Shown piece after piece: positions 55,971 to 64,000 of a DNA stretch of 64,000 bases (positions are counted from its first letter, which is position 1; each line of letters opens with the position of its first letter). The notes beneath the pieces were generated by a model. It did no database searches, had not been told where the DNA came from, and saw nothing but the letters and a program-made list of their open reading frames with translations. The stretch is from an uncultured SAR86 cluster bacterium (lineage in GTDB: Bacteria > Pseudomonadota > Gammaproteobacteria > Magnimaribacterales > Magnimaribacteraceae): assembly GCA_902537425.1 (NCBI GenBank), contig CACBBD010000001.1:231790-295789 (forward strand), given 5' to 3'. The position numbers were made by a program, and so were the translations under genes.

Positions 55971-56515
55971 TTTTTAGAGCTTAAAATATATTCTGCAGCT
56001 TCAAGAAGGTTATTAAAACAGTGCTCATCAGGAGGACTTATATCTGTTCCATACACTTTTTCTCCATAACCACCCGTTTTAATGAGCATAGGAACGCAGC
56101 CATGTTTTCTACCTGCTAAAATATCCGAATCTTTGTCTCCTATAAAATATTTTCCTTTGAGATCAACTTCTATAGACTTCTCAATATCTTCTAAGAGACC
56201 AGTCTCAGGCTTTCTACATTTACATTTAGTTTCAGGTGCATGAGGACAATAAGCGATGTAATCAATTTTTCCTCCAACTTCTTTGAGCAGATCTTCCATG
56301 TGGTCGTGAATTTTGAATAAATCAGCATCTTTAATAATTTTTTTCTCAATGCAAGCCTGATTAGTGGCAATCGCAACTTTAAAGCCATGTTTGTTAAGAA
56401 GCGCAATAGCCTCTAAACTGCCTTTAATAGGCTTAAAATCTTCCGGCTTAGTCACATAAGTCATGAGGTCAACATTAATGACCCCGTCCCTGTCTAAGAC
56501 TAAAACGTCATCCAT
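55967..56515 (-). CDS. gmhB: D-glycero-D-manno-heptose 1,7-bisphosphate phosphatase (HAD IIIA)
   Basis: LDRDGVIN, ATNQ, CPH...CKCRKP, IGDKDSD. Confidence 0.85.
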   Translation of the reverse strand: MDDVLVLDRDGVINVDLMTYVTKPEDFKPIKGSLEAIALLNKHGFKVAIATNQACIEKKIIKDADLFKIHDHMEDLLKEVGGKIDYIAYCPHAPETKCKCRKPETGLLEDIEKSIEVDLKGKYFIGDKDSDILAGRKHGCVPMLIKTGGYGEKVYGTDISPPDEHCFNNLLEAAEYILSSKK

Positions 56516-56521
56516 TAATCT

Positions 56522-57871
56522 CTAAATCTGATAGTTTTGTGCTAAAAAGGTTCTAACTTCGTCTATTTTCAATCTTGTTTGATCCATCGTATCTCTATCT
56601 CTTATAGTTACACTATTGTCTTCAAGAGTTTGAAAATCGACGGTGATACAAGCAGGTGTACCAATTTCGTCATGTTTTCTATAGTTTTTACCGATGTTAC
56701 CGGTGTTTTCTAGAAGAACTCGCCCTTCAATTGTTCGCTGTAAGTCATTTTTTAGATCTACTGATGTCATTACTATCGAATTTTCATTTCTTTTCAGAGG
56801 AATAACAGCAATTTTTATAGGTGCAAGATGTGGTTTTAGAGACAAAACCGTTCTTTCTTTATTGTTTTCAAGGCTCTCAACCTTGTATGCTTCGTTGAGA
56901 ATAGCTAAAAAGCCTCTATCAACCCCAGCAGAAGGCTCAATTACGTATGGAACCACCCATTGCTTATTTTCTAGATCTTGTATAGCAAGTTTTGCATTTG
57001 ATTGAGTATTTTCTGCAACAGTTGCATCAATATCAAGGTCCTTTTGGCCTCTAGTATGGGATCCTAGATCAAAATCCGTCCTATTGGCTATTCCTTCTAG
57101 TTCCTCTAGACCATGCGGAAAGTTATACATAATGTCCACAGTAGCTTTAGAGTAGTGTGCCAACTCGTCATCGGGAACATGATATATCTCCAAGCTATCC
57201 TTGCTTACCCCCTGATCTTCCCACCACTGCAGCCTTAAATCGGTCCATTTTTTATGCCATTCCTCATCTTCACCTGGTTTTACAAAAAATTCGAGTTCCA
57301 TCTGCTCAAATTCGCGTACCCTAAATATAAAGTTTCTTGGAGTTATCTCATTTCTAAATGCTTTACCCATTTGAGCTATCCCAAAAGGAAGTGGGTGAGG
57401 ATTAGAATCTAGAACATTTTTAAAATTCGTAAAGATATTTTGAGCTGTTTCAGGTCTTAAGTAGGCAAAGGAATTTCCATCTTCAATTGGCCCAACATTC
57501 GTTTTGAACATTAAGTTGAATTGCCTTGGCTCTGTTAAATCTTCTTTCTTACAATAATCTGGTACTTGATCTGCTCTGAATCTTTCACCACAAGATTTGC
57601 AATCGACCAAAGGATCAGTAAACGTGTTTTCATGTCCAGAATATTTAAGGACAAGAGGGTTGGTTAAAATGGACGAGTCTATTCCTTCTATATCATCCCT
57701 TTCATATATCATGGATTTCCACCAAGATTTTTTTAAATTATTTTTAAGTTCAACTCCTAAAGGGCCATAGTCATAAAGGCCTTGTAGACCTCCATAAATT
57801 TCATTGGATTGATATATGAAACCTCGTCTTTTACATAAAGAGACTAAGTCTTCCATTGTGGCATTATTCAT
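56522..57871 (-). CDS. glyQS: Glycine-tRNA ligase, homodimeric (alpha2) type
   Basis: [60 protein letters not shown]. Confidence 0.95.
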   Translation of the reverse strand: MNNATMEDLVSLCKRRGFIYQSNEIYGGLQGLYDYGPLGVELKNNLKKSWWKSMIYERDDIEGIDSSILTNPLVLKYSGHENTFTDPLVDCKSCGERFRADQVPDYCKKEDLTEPRQFNLMFKTNVGPIEDGNSFAYLRPETAQNIFTNFKNVLDSNPHPLPFGIAQMGKAFRNEITPRNFIFRVREFEQMELEFFVKPGEDEEWHKKWTDLRLQWWEDQGVSKDSLEIYHVPDDELAHYSKATVDIMYNFPHGLEELEGIANRTDFDLGSHTRGQKDLDIDATVAENTQSNAKLAIQDLENKQWVVPYVIEPSAGVDRGFLAILNEAYKVESLENNKERTVLSLKPHLAPIKIAVIPLKRNENSIVMTSVDLKNDLQRTIEGRVLLENTGNIGKNYRKHDEIGTPACITVDFQTLEDNSVTIRDRDTMDQTRLKIDEVRTFLAQNYQI

Positions 57872-57900
57872 AATGTTAGTGAGTACTTACTATAGTTGAA

Positions 57901-58764
57901 TTATCTATCATATATAGAAACTTTTTTTGTCCTCTTAAATTTTTTATACTCCCAAGCATATTGTCCTGGTAATTTCATTATACATTTTTCAAACTCGTTA
58001 TTCATTTTATCTACCCCTTCTTTGTAATCTGATGAAAAATCAATTTTGTTATGGAAATGAATAATAAATCCTTCCCCTTTTTCTTTTCTTTCACAATACA
58101 TAAAGTGCGCAGCGCATTTAGTTCTTTGTTGTAATTTTGGTAAAAGATTCATGGAATAGACTTCATTATTAAAAAATGTTGAGCTTATTCCGGCACCTCT
58201 TTTTGGAACTTGATCAGACGCTACTGCTACCAATTTTTTATTATTTAAAGCTAGTAGCATTTCTTTTATTCCACCCACATTTGTCTCTACCATTTTTACA
58301 CCAGCGCTATTTCTTGAGTCAGTGATCACTTTATCCAAGTCTTTATTTTTTGGCGGAGTATAAGGAATCGTACAATCTGTATGCTGACCAAGAAAATTAA
58401 TGATAATTTCTATATTACCGATGTGGGGCGTAAAGAGAAGAACACCTTTACCTGATGACAAAGAATTTTCAATTTCAGAAAAATTTTCAACATCTATAAA
58501 CTGCTTATTTTTTTTATAATCCTTCTTGCCCCAAACAAGTCCTGTTTCAAGAAAATTCATTATGCTGTGAAACAAGCTATCTTTTAATACTGAATTAATT
58601 TGTGAGGGCACTTTGTCAGAAAAGACTAATTCAAGATTAGCCCTAGAGATTCTCTTATGCTTATTTGGAAATAAGTATAATAAAAGGGCTAAAACCTTAC
58701 CTAAATAAAATAGTACTTTATAAGGAATTGCCTCTAAGCTTTTGATGATCAGTATATACAGCAA
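57901..58764 (-). CDS. Lipid A lauroyl/myristoyl acyltransferase family (LpxL-like)
   Basis: TPHIGNIE, DQVP, FF, PGQYAWEYKKFK; start uncertain, TTG 58764 chosen to avoid overlap with trkH. Confidence 0.82.
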   Translation of the reverse strand: MLYILIIKSLEAIPYKVLFYLGKVLALLLYLFPNKHKRISRANLELVFSDKVPSQINSVLKDSLFHSIMNFLETGLVWGKKDYKKNKQFIDVENFSEIENSLSSGKGVLLFTPHIGNIEIIINFLGQHTDCTIPYTPPKNKDLDKVITDSRNSAGVKMVETNVGGIKEMLLALNNKKLVAVASDQVPKRGAGISSTFFNNEVYSMNLLPKLQQRTKCAAHFMYCERKEKGEGFIIHFHNKIDFSSDYKEGVDKMNNEFEKCIMKLPGQYAWEYKKFKRTKKVSIYDR

Positions 58765-58784
58765 ATCGAGATGTGATAATTCAC

Positions 58785-60236
58785 TTAATTCCTCCAAAAA
58801 GCTGGAGTAAATAGCAAAAGCATTGTAAATATTTCTAATCTTCCCAATAACATTGCCATGCAAAGTCCTATTTTGGAGGCATCTGATATATTCCTATAAT
58901 TCTCAGCAACAATGCCCAGTCCAGGACCTAAATTATTCAAAGTAGCTCCTACTGCTGAGAATGCGCTTAGAAAATCCATGTTTTGAGACAATAGAAACAT
59001 TAATATAATTAGGAAAGTAGCCACGTAGACCGCAAAAAATCCCCATACAGACTCTGAAACCCTTGGGTCTAATGATTTCTTCCCAAACTTTATTGTCACA
59101 ACTGCATTAGGGTGTATAAGCTTGGTTATTTCGCTTGATCCCTGCCTTAAGAGGATAAGGGCTCTTATGACCTTTATTCCACCACCAGTAGAACCTGCAC
59201 AAGCTCCTATAAAGGCCGCTATGAGAAGCATGATTGGAACAAATAAGGGCCAATTAGAATAGTTTGAAGTCAGAAAACCAGAAGTTGTTCCAATAGAGAC
59301 TGCTTGAAACACACTATCTACTATCATTTCATCATATATATTATTGCTATAGTAGAGGGTAAGATAAGTAATAAATGCTGTGCTAATTAATAGTGATAGA
59401 TAGAGCTTTACTTCAGAGTCATAAAAATAGTGAAACAGCCTTTTTTTAGTCCATGCTAGGTAATGGAGTGCAAAATTTACTCCTGAAATAACCATAAATA
59501 CAATCGCAGTCCATCTTAGGCTGCTGCTCTCAAAATATGCAAAATTCTCATCATGTGTAGAAAAGCCTCCAATTGAGATGGTTGAAAAGGCATGACATAT
59601 TGCGTCATACCAACTCATGCCGAAATATTTATATAAAACTGAACACGATATTGTCATCAATACATATACAAACCATAAAGCCTTCGCTGTTTGAGTAATT
59701 CTGGGAGTGAGCTTCGCATCTTTAAGAGGTCCAGGAGTTTCAGCTTTGTATAGTTGCATACCTCCAACTCCCAATAATGGAAGAACCGCAACAGCTAGAA
59801 CAATAATTCCCATGCCTCCCAGCCACTGAAGTAAATGACGGTAGAAAAGTAAAGATCTTGGCATTTCATCTAAACCGACCAAAACTGTCGCGCCTGTTGT
59901 TGTTAAGCCTGATATCGACTCAAAAAGTGAATCTACATATGAAACTCCTTCTAAATCCGCTAAAAAGAATGGAATTGATCCGAAAAACCCTAGTACAGTC
60001 CAGAAATAAATAGTTATAATAAAACCATCTTTTGTTCTTAGATCTCCATCCTTTTCTGAAGACAAGAAAAAAAGAAAACATCCAATAATTAAAGTTATAA
60101 AGCCTGTAAAACCAAAGTTATAGATAAATTCGTTCTCTTCCAAGAAGTAAGCAAGAAACGCCGGAAAAAAAAGAGCAACTCCGCTAAATAGCATCAAAAG
60201 CGCTCCTAAAATACTAGTTGTGTATGGAAACTTCAT
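58785..60236 (-). CDS. trkH: Trk potassium uptake membrane protein
   Basis: FESISGLTTTGAT, GGFS, GSTGGGIK, NNLGPGL, LGRLE. Confidence 0.95.
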   Translation of the reverse strand: MKFPYTTSILGALLMLFSGVALFFPAFLAYFLEENEFIYNFGFTGFITLIIGCFLFFLSSEKDGDLRTKDGFIITIYFWTVLGFFGSIPFFLADLEGVSYVDSLFESISGLTTTGATVLVGLDEMPRSLLFYRHLLQWLGGMGIIVLAVAVLPLLGVGGMQLYKAETPGPLKDAKLTPRITQTAKALWFVYVLMTISCSVLYKYFGMSWYDAICHAFSTISIGGFSTHDENFAYFESSSLRWTAIVFMVISGVNFALHYLAWTKKRLFHYFYDSEVKLYLSLLISTAFITYLTLYYSNNIYDEMIVDSVFQAVSIGTTSGFLTSNYSNWPLFVPIMLLIAAFIGACAGSTGGGIKVIRALILLRQGSSEITKLIHPNAVVTIKFGKKSLDPRVSESVWGFFAVYVATFLIILMFLLSQNMDFLSAFSAVGATLNNLGPGLGIVAENYRNISDASKIGLCMAMLLGRLEIFTMLLLFTPAFWRN

Positions 60237-60238
60237 TT

Positions 60239-61606
60239 CTATAAAGGAGAGAATGTTTCCTTGACTTGTTTTATGACTGATTTGTCCGTTAAAAATACGA
60301 TAACATGATCGTTCTCCCTTAAATGTACGTGATCATGAGCTATCTTTCCTTTACTATCTCTTATTAAAGCACCAATTGTTGCTCCTTCTGGTAAGTAAAT
60401 TTCTCCTAACTCTTTACCGATACTACTTTCCTTTCCAGAAGGCGATTCTTTAGCTATTGCTTCGATTGCTTCAGCTGCTCCTCGGCGTAATGAATGTACC
60501 TTTACTACATCTTTTCCCTCAATTTCTGCAATAAAAGTTCCAATTGTTATTTGGGAGGGCGCAATAGCAATATCTATACCCTTATCTTGAACAAGATCGA
60601 CATAAGCTGGATTATTTATTAGCGCTACAACTTTGTGTGCTCCCATGTCTTTTGCTAGAAGACATGACATAACATTTGCTTCGTCGTCATTCGTTACAGC
60701 TGCAAATACGTCGGTCCCTTCAATATTTTCTTCATGAAGTAAATGCTTGTCGCAAACATTGCCCTCTAGCACTATAGTTTGTTCCAACTTTTCCGATAAT
60801 CTTTTTGCTCTCTTGTGGTCAGAATCAATGATCTTTACTCTGTGATTTTTTTCAATTCTTTTCGCCAGTCTACTGCCTATCTTGCCTCCACCAGCAATTA
60901 TGACATTTTTATATGGATCCTCTTTTTTGCGCATTTCATTTACAACCTTTGATGCTTCACCTTTTTTTGATATGAAAAACACTTCATCTCCAGCACTAAT
61001 AGTTGTTTGTCCCGTGGGTACAATTGATCGACCATCTCGAAAAATGGCAGCTACTCTTGAATCAACTTTTGGCATGTGTTTTTTTAGATCCCCAATTTCG
61101 TGTCCAATCATAGGACCTCCATCTACGGCTTTTACGGCTACTAAATTTAGTTCACCTTGGCCAAATTCCATGACCTGTAAGGAGCCGGGAACTTCAATGA
61201 GACCTTCAATATGATCAGTAATGAGTTGCTCTGGGCTTATGTGTATATCCACTGGAATTTGGCCTGATTCCATAGCCTCTTTAGTTTTGCCTTTTAGATA
61301 TGACATTTCTCTGACTCTTGCAATGGTCTTTACGGAATCATTCAATACTTTAGATATCATGCAAGACACGAGATTGATTTCATCACTTCCTGTTACTGCG
61401 ACAACCATGTCAGCTTCTTTAATTCCAGCTGTAACCTGAATGTTTGGAAAAGATGCACTGCCAAGGACTGTTTTTATATCTGCTTCTTCTTCTAATTTGT
61501 GCAGCTTGACAGGATCATTGTCTACAATGGTGAGATCATTTTCCTGAGACAACAGATCAGCGAGAGTGCTACCTACAGCTCCGGCCCCCAAAATGACTAT
61601 TTTCAC
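60239..61606 (-). CDS. trkA: Trk potassium uptake NAD-binding subunit
   Basis: Two RCK domains: ILGAGAVG, AGGGKIG; SLRRGAAEAIE. Confidence 0.96.
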   Translation of the reverse strand: MKIVILGAGAVGSTLADLLSQENDLTIVDNDPVKLHKLEEEADIKTVLGSASFPNIQVTAGIKEADMVVAVTGSDEINLVSCMISKVLNDSVKTIARVREMSYLKGKTKEAMESGQIPVDIHISPEQLITDHIEGLIEVPGSLQVMEFGQGELNLVAVKAVDGGPMIGHEIGDLKKHMPKVDSRVAAIFRDGRSIVPTGQTTISAGDEVFFISKKGEASKVVNEMRKKEDPYKNVIIAGGGKIGSRLAKRIEKNHRVKIIDSDHKRAKRLSEKLEQTIVLEGNVCDKHLLHEENIEGTDVFAAVTNDDEANVMSCLLAKDMGAHKVVALINNPAYVDLVQDKGIDIAIAPSQITIGTFIAEIEGKDVVKVHSLRRGAAEAIEAIAKESPSGKESSIGKELGEIYLPEGATIGALIRDSKGKIAHDHVHLRENDHVIVFLTDKSVIKQVKETFSPL

Positions 61607-61664
61607 TAGTTTATATTAGACAACTTTTGTTCGATTATAATCCTATTTTTTCAATAAAGAATAA

Positions 61665-62615
61665 TTATTGAATAGTAAGTTCGAAATTTCCATTTTTCTT
61701 AATCAGATCTAAGTATCCAGCAATAAAATCTTTGCCCGAAACTTTATTTTTTCCCTCCATTTGTATCTGCTCAATCAATATTGAAGAAGCATCCTTACAA
61801 AATACAACTAACTTATCGTCTTTCACGCTTATATATCCTGGATCATGTTTTATTTCTGATTCAATCCTCCTGGCCCTATGTATCTTAACCCTTTTTCCTC
61901 CCAAAAAAGAATGAGTTCCATATTTGGAGCCTAGAGCGTTTATTTTTCTAATTATTTCTATTGAAGAATCCCCTTGCCAATCGATCTGTAAGAATTTCTT
62001 ATCAATTTTAGGAGAAAATGTTGCTTTGTTTTCGTCTTGAGCTTTATGCTTGATAGAGCCAGATTCGAGGTTATCCAAAAAAGAAACTAAGTATTTTTCA
62101 CTTAGTTGAATAAACTTTTCTTCAACTGTATGAAGTGTATCGTATTCTTTAAGTGAACATTCATGCATTTCATAAACTGGACCTTCATCCAAACCTTCTG
62201 ACATTTCCATATAACTTATCCCAATATTTTTGTCTCCTGACATAATTGCATGCTCCATTGGTGAGGCGCCTCTCCATCTTGGCAGAAGAGAGGCATGAAT
62301 ATTTACGCAGCCATACTTGGGTAACTCTAATATTTTTTTTGGTACTAGCAGTCCATATGCAACTACTAATATAAGATCTGGAGTTATATTTTTTAAATCA
62401 CTAAATACCTTTTCTATTCCAAGAGATTCAGGCTGATGGATACTTATGCCATTATCTAAAGCGGTTTGCTTTACTGGACTAAAATTTATTTTTTTCCCTC
62501 GACCCGATTTCCTATCTGGTTGTGTTAGAACACTCAAGACTTCATGCTCAGACTGCAAGACTATCTCTAAATGTCTGGCAGCAAATTCAGGAGTTCCTGC
62601 AAAAATAATTTTCAT
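61665..62615 (-). CDS. fmt: Methionyl-tRNA formyltransferase
   Basis: FAGTPEFA, TQPDR, NIHASLLPRWRGASP. Confidence 0.97.
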   Translation of the reverse strand: MKIIFAGTPEFAARHLEIVLQSEHEVLSVLTQPDRKSGRGKKINFSPVKQTALDNGISIHQPESLGIEKVFSDLKNITPDLILVVAYGLLVPKKILELPKYGCVNIHASLLPRWRGASPMEHAIMSGDKNIGISYMEMSEGLDEGPVYEMHECSLKEYDTLHTVEEKFIQLSEKYLVSFLDNLESGSIKHKAQDENKATFSPKIDKKFLQIDWQGDSSIEIIRKINALGSKYGTHSFLGGKRVKIHRARRIESEIKHDPGYISVKDDKLVVFCKDASSILIEQIQMEGKNKVSGKDFIAGYLDLIKKNGNFELTIQ

Positions 62616-62618
62616 TAG

Positions 62619-63122
62619 CTACAGTCCTTTAGCTTTTAAGAGCTTTTTTCTAATCATTTCTCTTTTGATGTTAGAGATAAAATCAACCATCATTTTTCCA
62701 TCAAGGTGATCCATTTCATGTTGAATCACTACCGCCAAAAGGTCATTTGCCAAAAGTAAATTTTTCTTTCCATCAATGTCGAGATATGAAATTTCTACTG
62801 AACTAGGCCTTTTTAGCTCTTCATAAAATCCTGGAACGGAAAGGCATCCTTCAGAAAATATTTTTTTATTCGGATCAATAATTTTTATTATTTCGGGATT
62901 TATTAATATCAATGGCTCGTCTTTAGACTCACTTATGTCCAAAACAATTACTCTTTTGTGAACATTTACCTGAGTAGCTGCTAAGCCTATGCCTGATCCT
63001 TGATACATAGTTTCTAGCATGTCTTGGGCAAGTTTCTTAATGGAATCGTCAACTACCTCTACAGTTTTGGCAACTGTACGTAGACGGGGGTCAGGGAAAA
63101 TTAGTATTTTTAATAATGCCAT
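62619..63122 (-). CDS. def: Peptide deformylase
   Basis: [20 protein letters not shown]. Confidence 0.97.
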   Translation of the reverse strand: MALLKILIFPDPRLRTVAKTVEVVDDSIKKLAQDMLETMYQGSGIGLAATQVNVHKRVIVLDISESKDEPLILINPEIIKIIDPNKKIFSEGCLSVPGFYEELKRPSSVEISYLDIDGKKNLLLANDLLAVVIQHEMDHLDGKMMVDFISNIKREMIRKKLLKAKGL

Positions 63123-63158
63123 TATTTAATTTCAATATATTAGTATACAATTTTTGTT

Positions 63159-63665
63159 TTGGAGAAAACTGTGACTGTAACCGTATCAATACTAATAGGG
63201 TCCGAATCAGACTTGTACTTGGCAAATAAATGTTCTGAAACTCTGGATTCACTTTCAATTTCAAATTCAATCCAAGTTCTTTCGGCTCATAGAACCCCAA
63301 CTCTTCTTGAAACTCATATAAGAGAATGTGAAGCAGGCGGCACTAAAGTCTTTATTGCCATGGCCGGATTGGCGGCGCACCTAGCAGGTGCTGTAGCTTC
63401 TAAAACAGTTCTCCCTGTTATAGGAGTTCCAGGTGATGGGGGCCCCTTGAGCGGCATGGATGCTCTTTTGTCCACCGTACAAATGCCAAAAGGTATTCCA
63501 GTGGCAACTGTAGCAATAGGTTCCGCTGGAGCAATTAATTCTGCCTATTTAGCTGCACAAATGTTGGGTATGGAGTCTGCTGAAATGCGAGCAGCATTAT
63601 TGAAGGTAAGAGAAGACGGCATAGAAGCAATAAAAGCATCAAATAAAAAGCTAGAATCTTCTTAG
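63159..63665 (+). CDS. purE: N5-CAIR mutase
   Basis: GSESDL, SAHRTP, AAHLAG, VQMPKGIPVATV. Confidence 0.95.
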   Translation: MEKTVTVTVSILIGSESDLYLANKCSETLDSLSISNSIQVLSAHRTPTLLETHIRECEAGGTKVFIAMAGLAAHLAGAVASKTVLPVIGVPGDGGPLSGMDALLSTVQMPKGIPVATVAIGSAGAINSAYLAAQMLGMESAEMRAALLKVREDGIEAIKASNKKLESS

Positions 63666-63669
63666 CAGG

Positions 63670-64000
63670 ATGAGCTCTCTTGGCTCTGTTCTTGAACACC
63701 TAAAGTCCGGAAAAACGATTGCTTATCCAACCGAAGGAGTGTGGGGCTTGGGATGCGACCCTGAAAATCAAGATGCAATTGAAAATCTTTTAAAACTTAA
63801 GGCACGTTCTTACGAAAAAGGCCTAATTTTGATTGCCTCAAAATTTGAGCATTTCCTGAATTTTTCCTATGTAGAAGATTACAAAGATAAACTATTAACC
63901 AAATGGCCAGGACCCCATACTTGGTTAGTCCCATCAAAACCAAACTTGAGTCCTCTTATTAAGGGTAACAATGATAAAGTTGCTTTAAGACTTAGCAATC
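63670..64000 (+). CDS. tsaC: Threonylcarbamoyl-AMP synthase (YrdC/Sua5), truncated by window end
   Basis: Manual translation IAYPTEGVWGLGCDP...LK.R...KGLILIA...WPGP. Confidence 0.9.
   Translation, partial: MSSLGSVLEHLKSGKTIAYPTEGVWGLGCDPENQDAIENLLKLKARSYEKGLILIASKFEHFLNFSYVEDYKDKLLTKWPGPHTWLVPSKPNLSPLIKGNNDKVALRLSN

Overview
Low-GC, compact bacterial chromosome segment spanning the replication origin. Gene content and synteny suggest a streamlined marine gammaproteobacterium (SAR86-like; inference only). Layout: partial uvrD and a MazG-like gene, then a heme cluster using 5-aminolevulinate synthase (ALAS, probable hemC-hemD fusion, hemB, hemE, hemF, hemJ; 2.2-8.4 kb). An accessory region (8.5-31.3 kb) holds oxygenases, hydrolases, transporters, small secreted proteins and a glutamine-riboswitch-led YRGV micro-protein. 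The core follows: glmS-glmU-atp-parAB-rsmG-mnmG-[DnaA boxes]-mnmE-yidC-yidD-rnpA-rpmH / dnaA-dnaN-recF-gyrB, then plsC-gmhB-GlyRS-lpxL-trkH-trkA-fmt-def / purE-tsaC. The main finding is directly downstream of glmS (27851-31392): a tandem array of five small gene modules separated by five diverged copies of the last glmS codons (xVTVE-stop, varying mostly at third codon positions). Four of the five modules have their own ~19-bp terminal inverted repeats. This looks like a glmS-targeted, promoterless cassette-accretion system that is neither a Tn7 nor a classical integron, and no recombinase is encoded in the window. All calls come from reading motifs by eye; no database searches were run.
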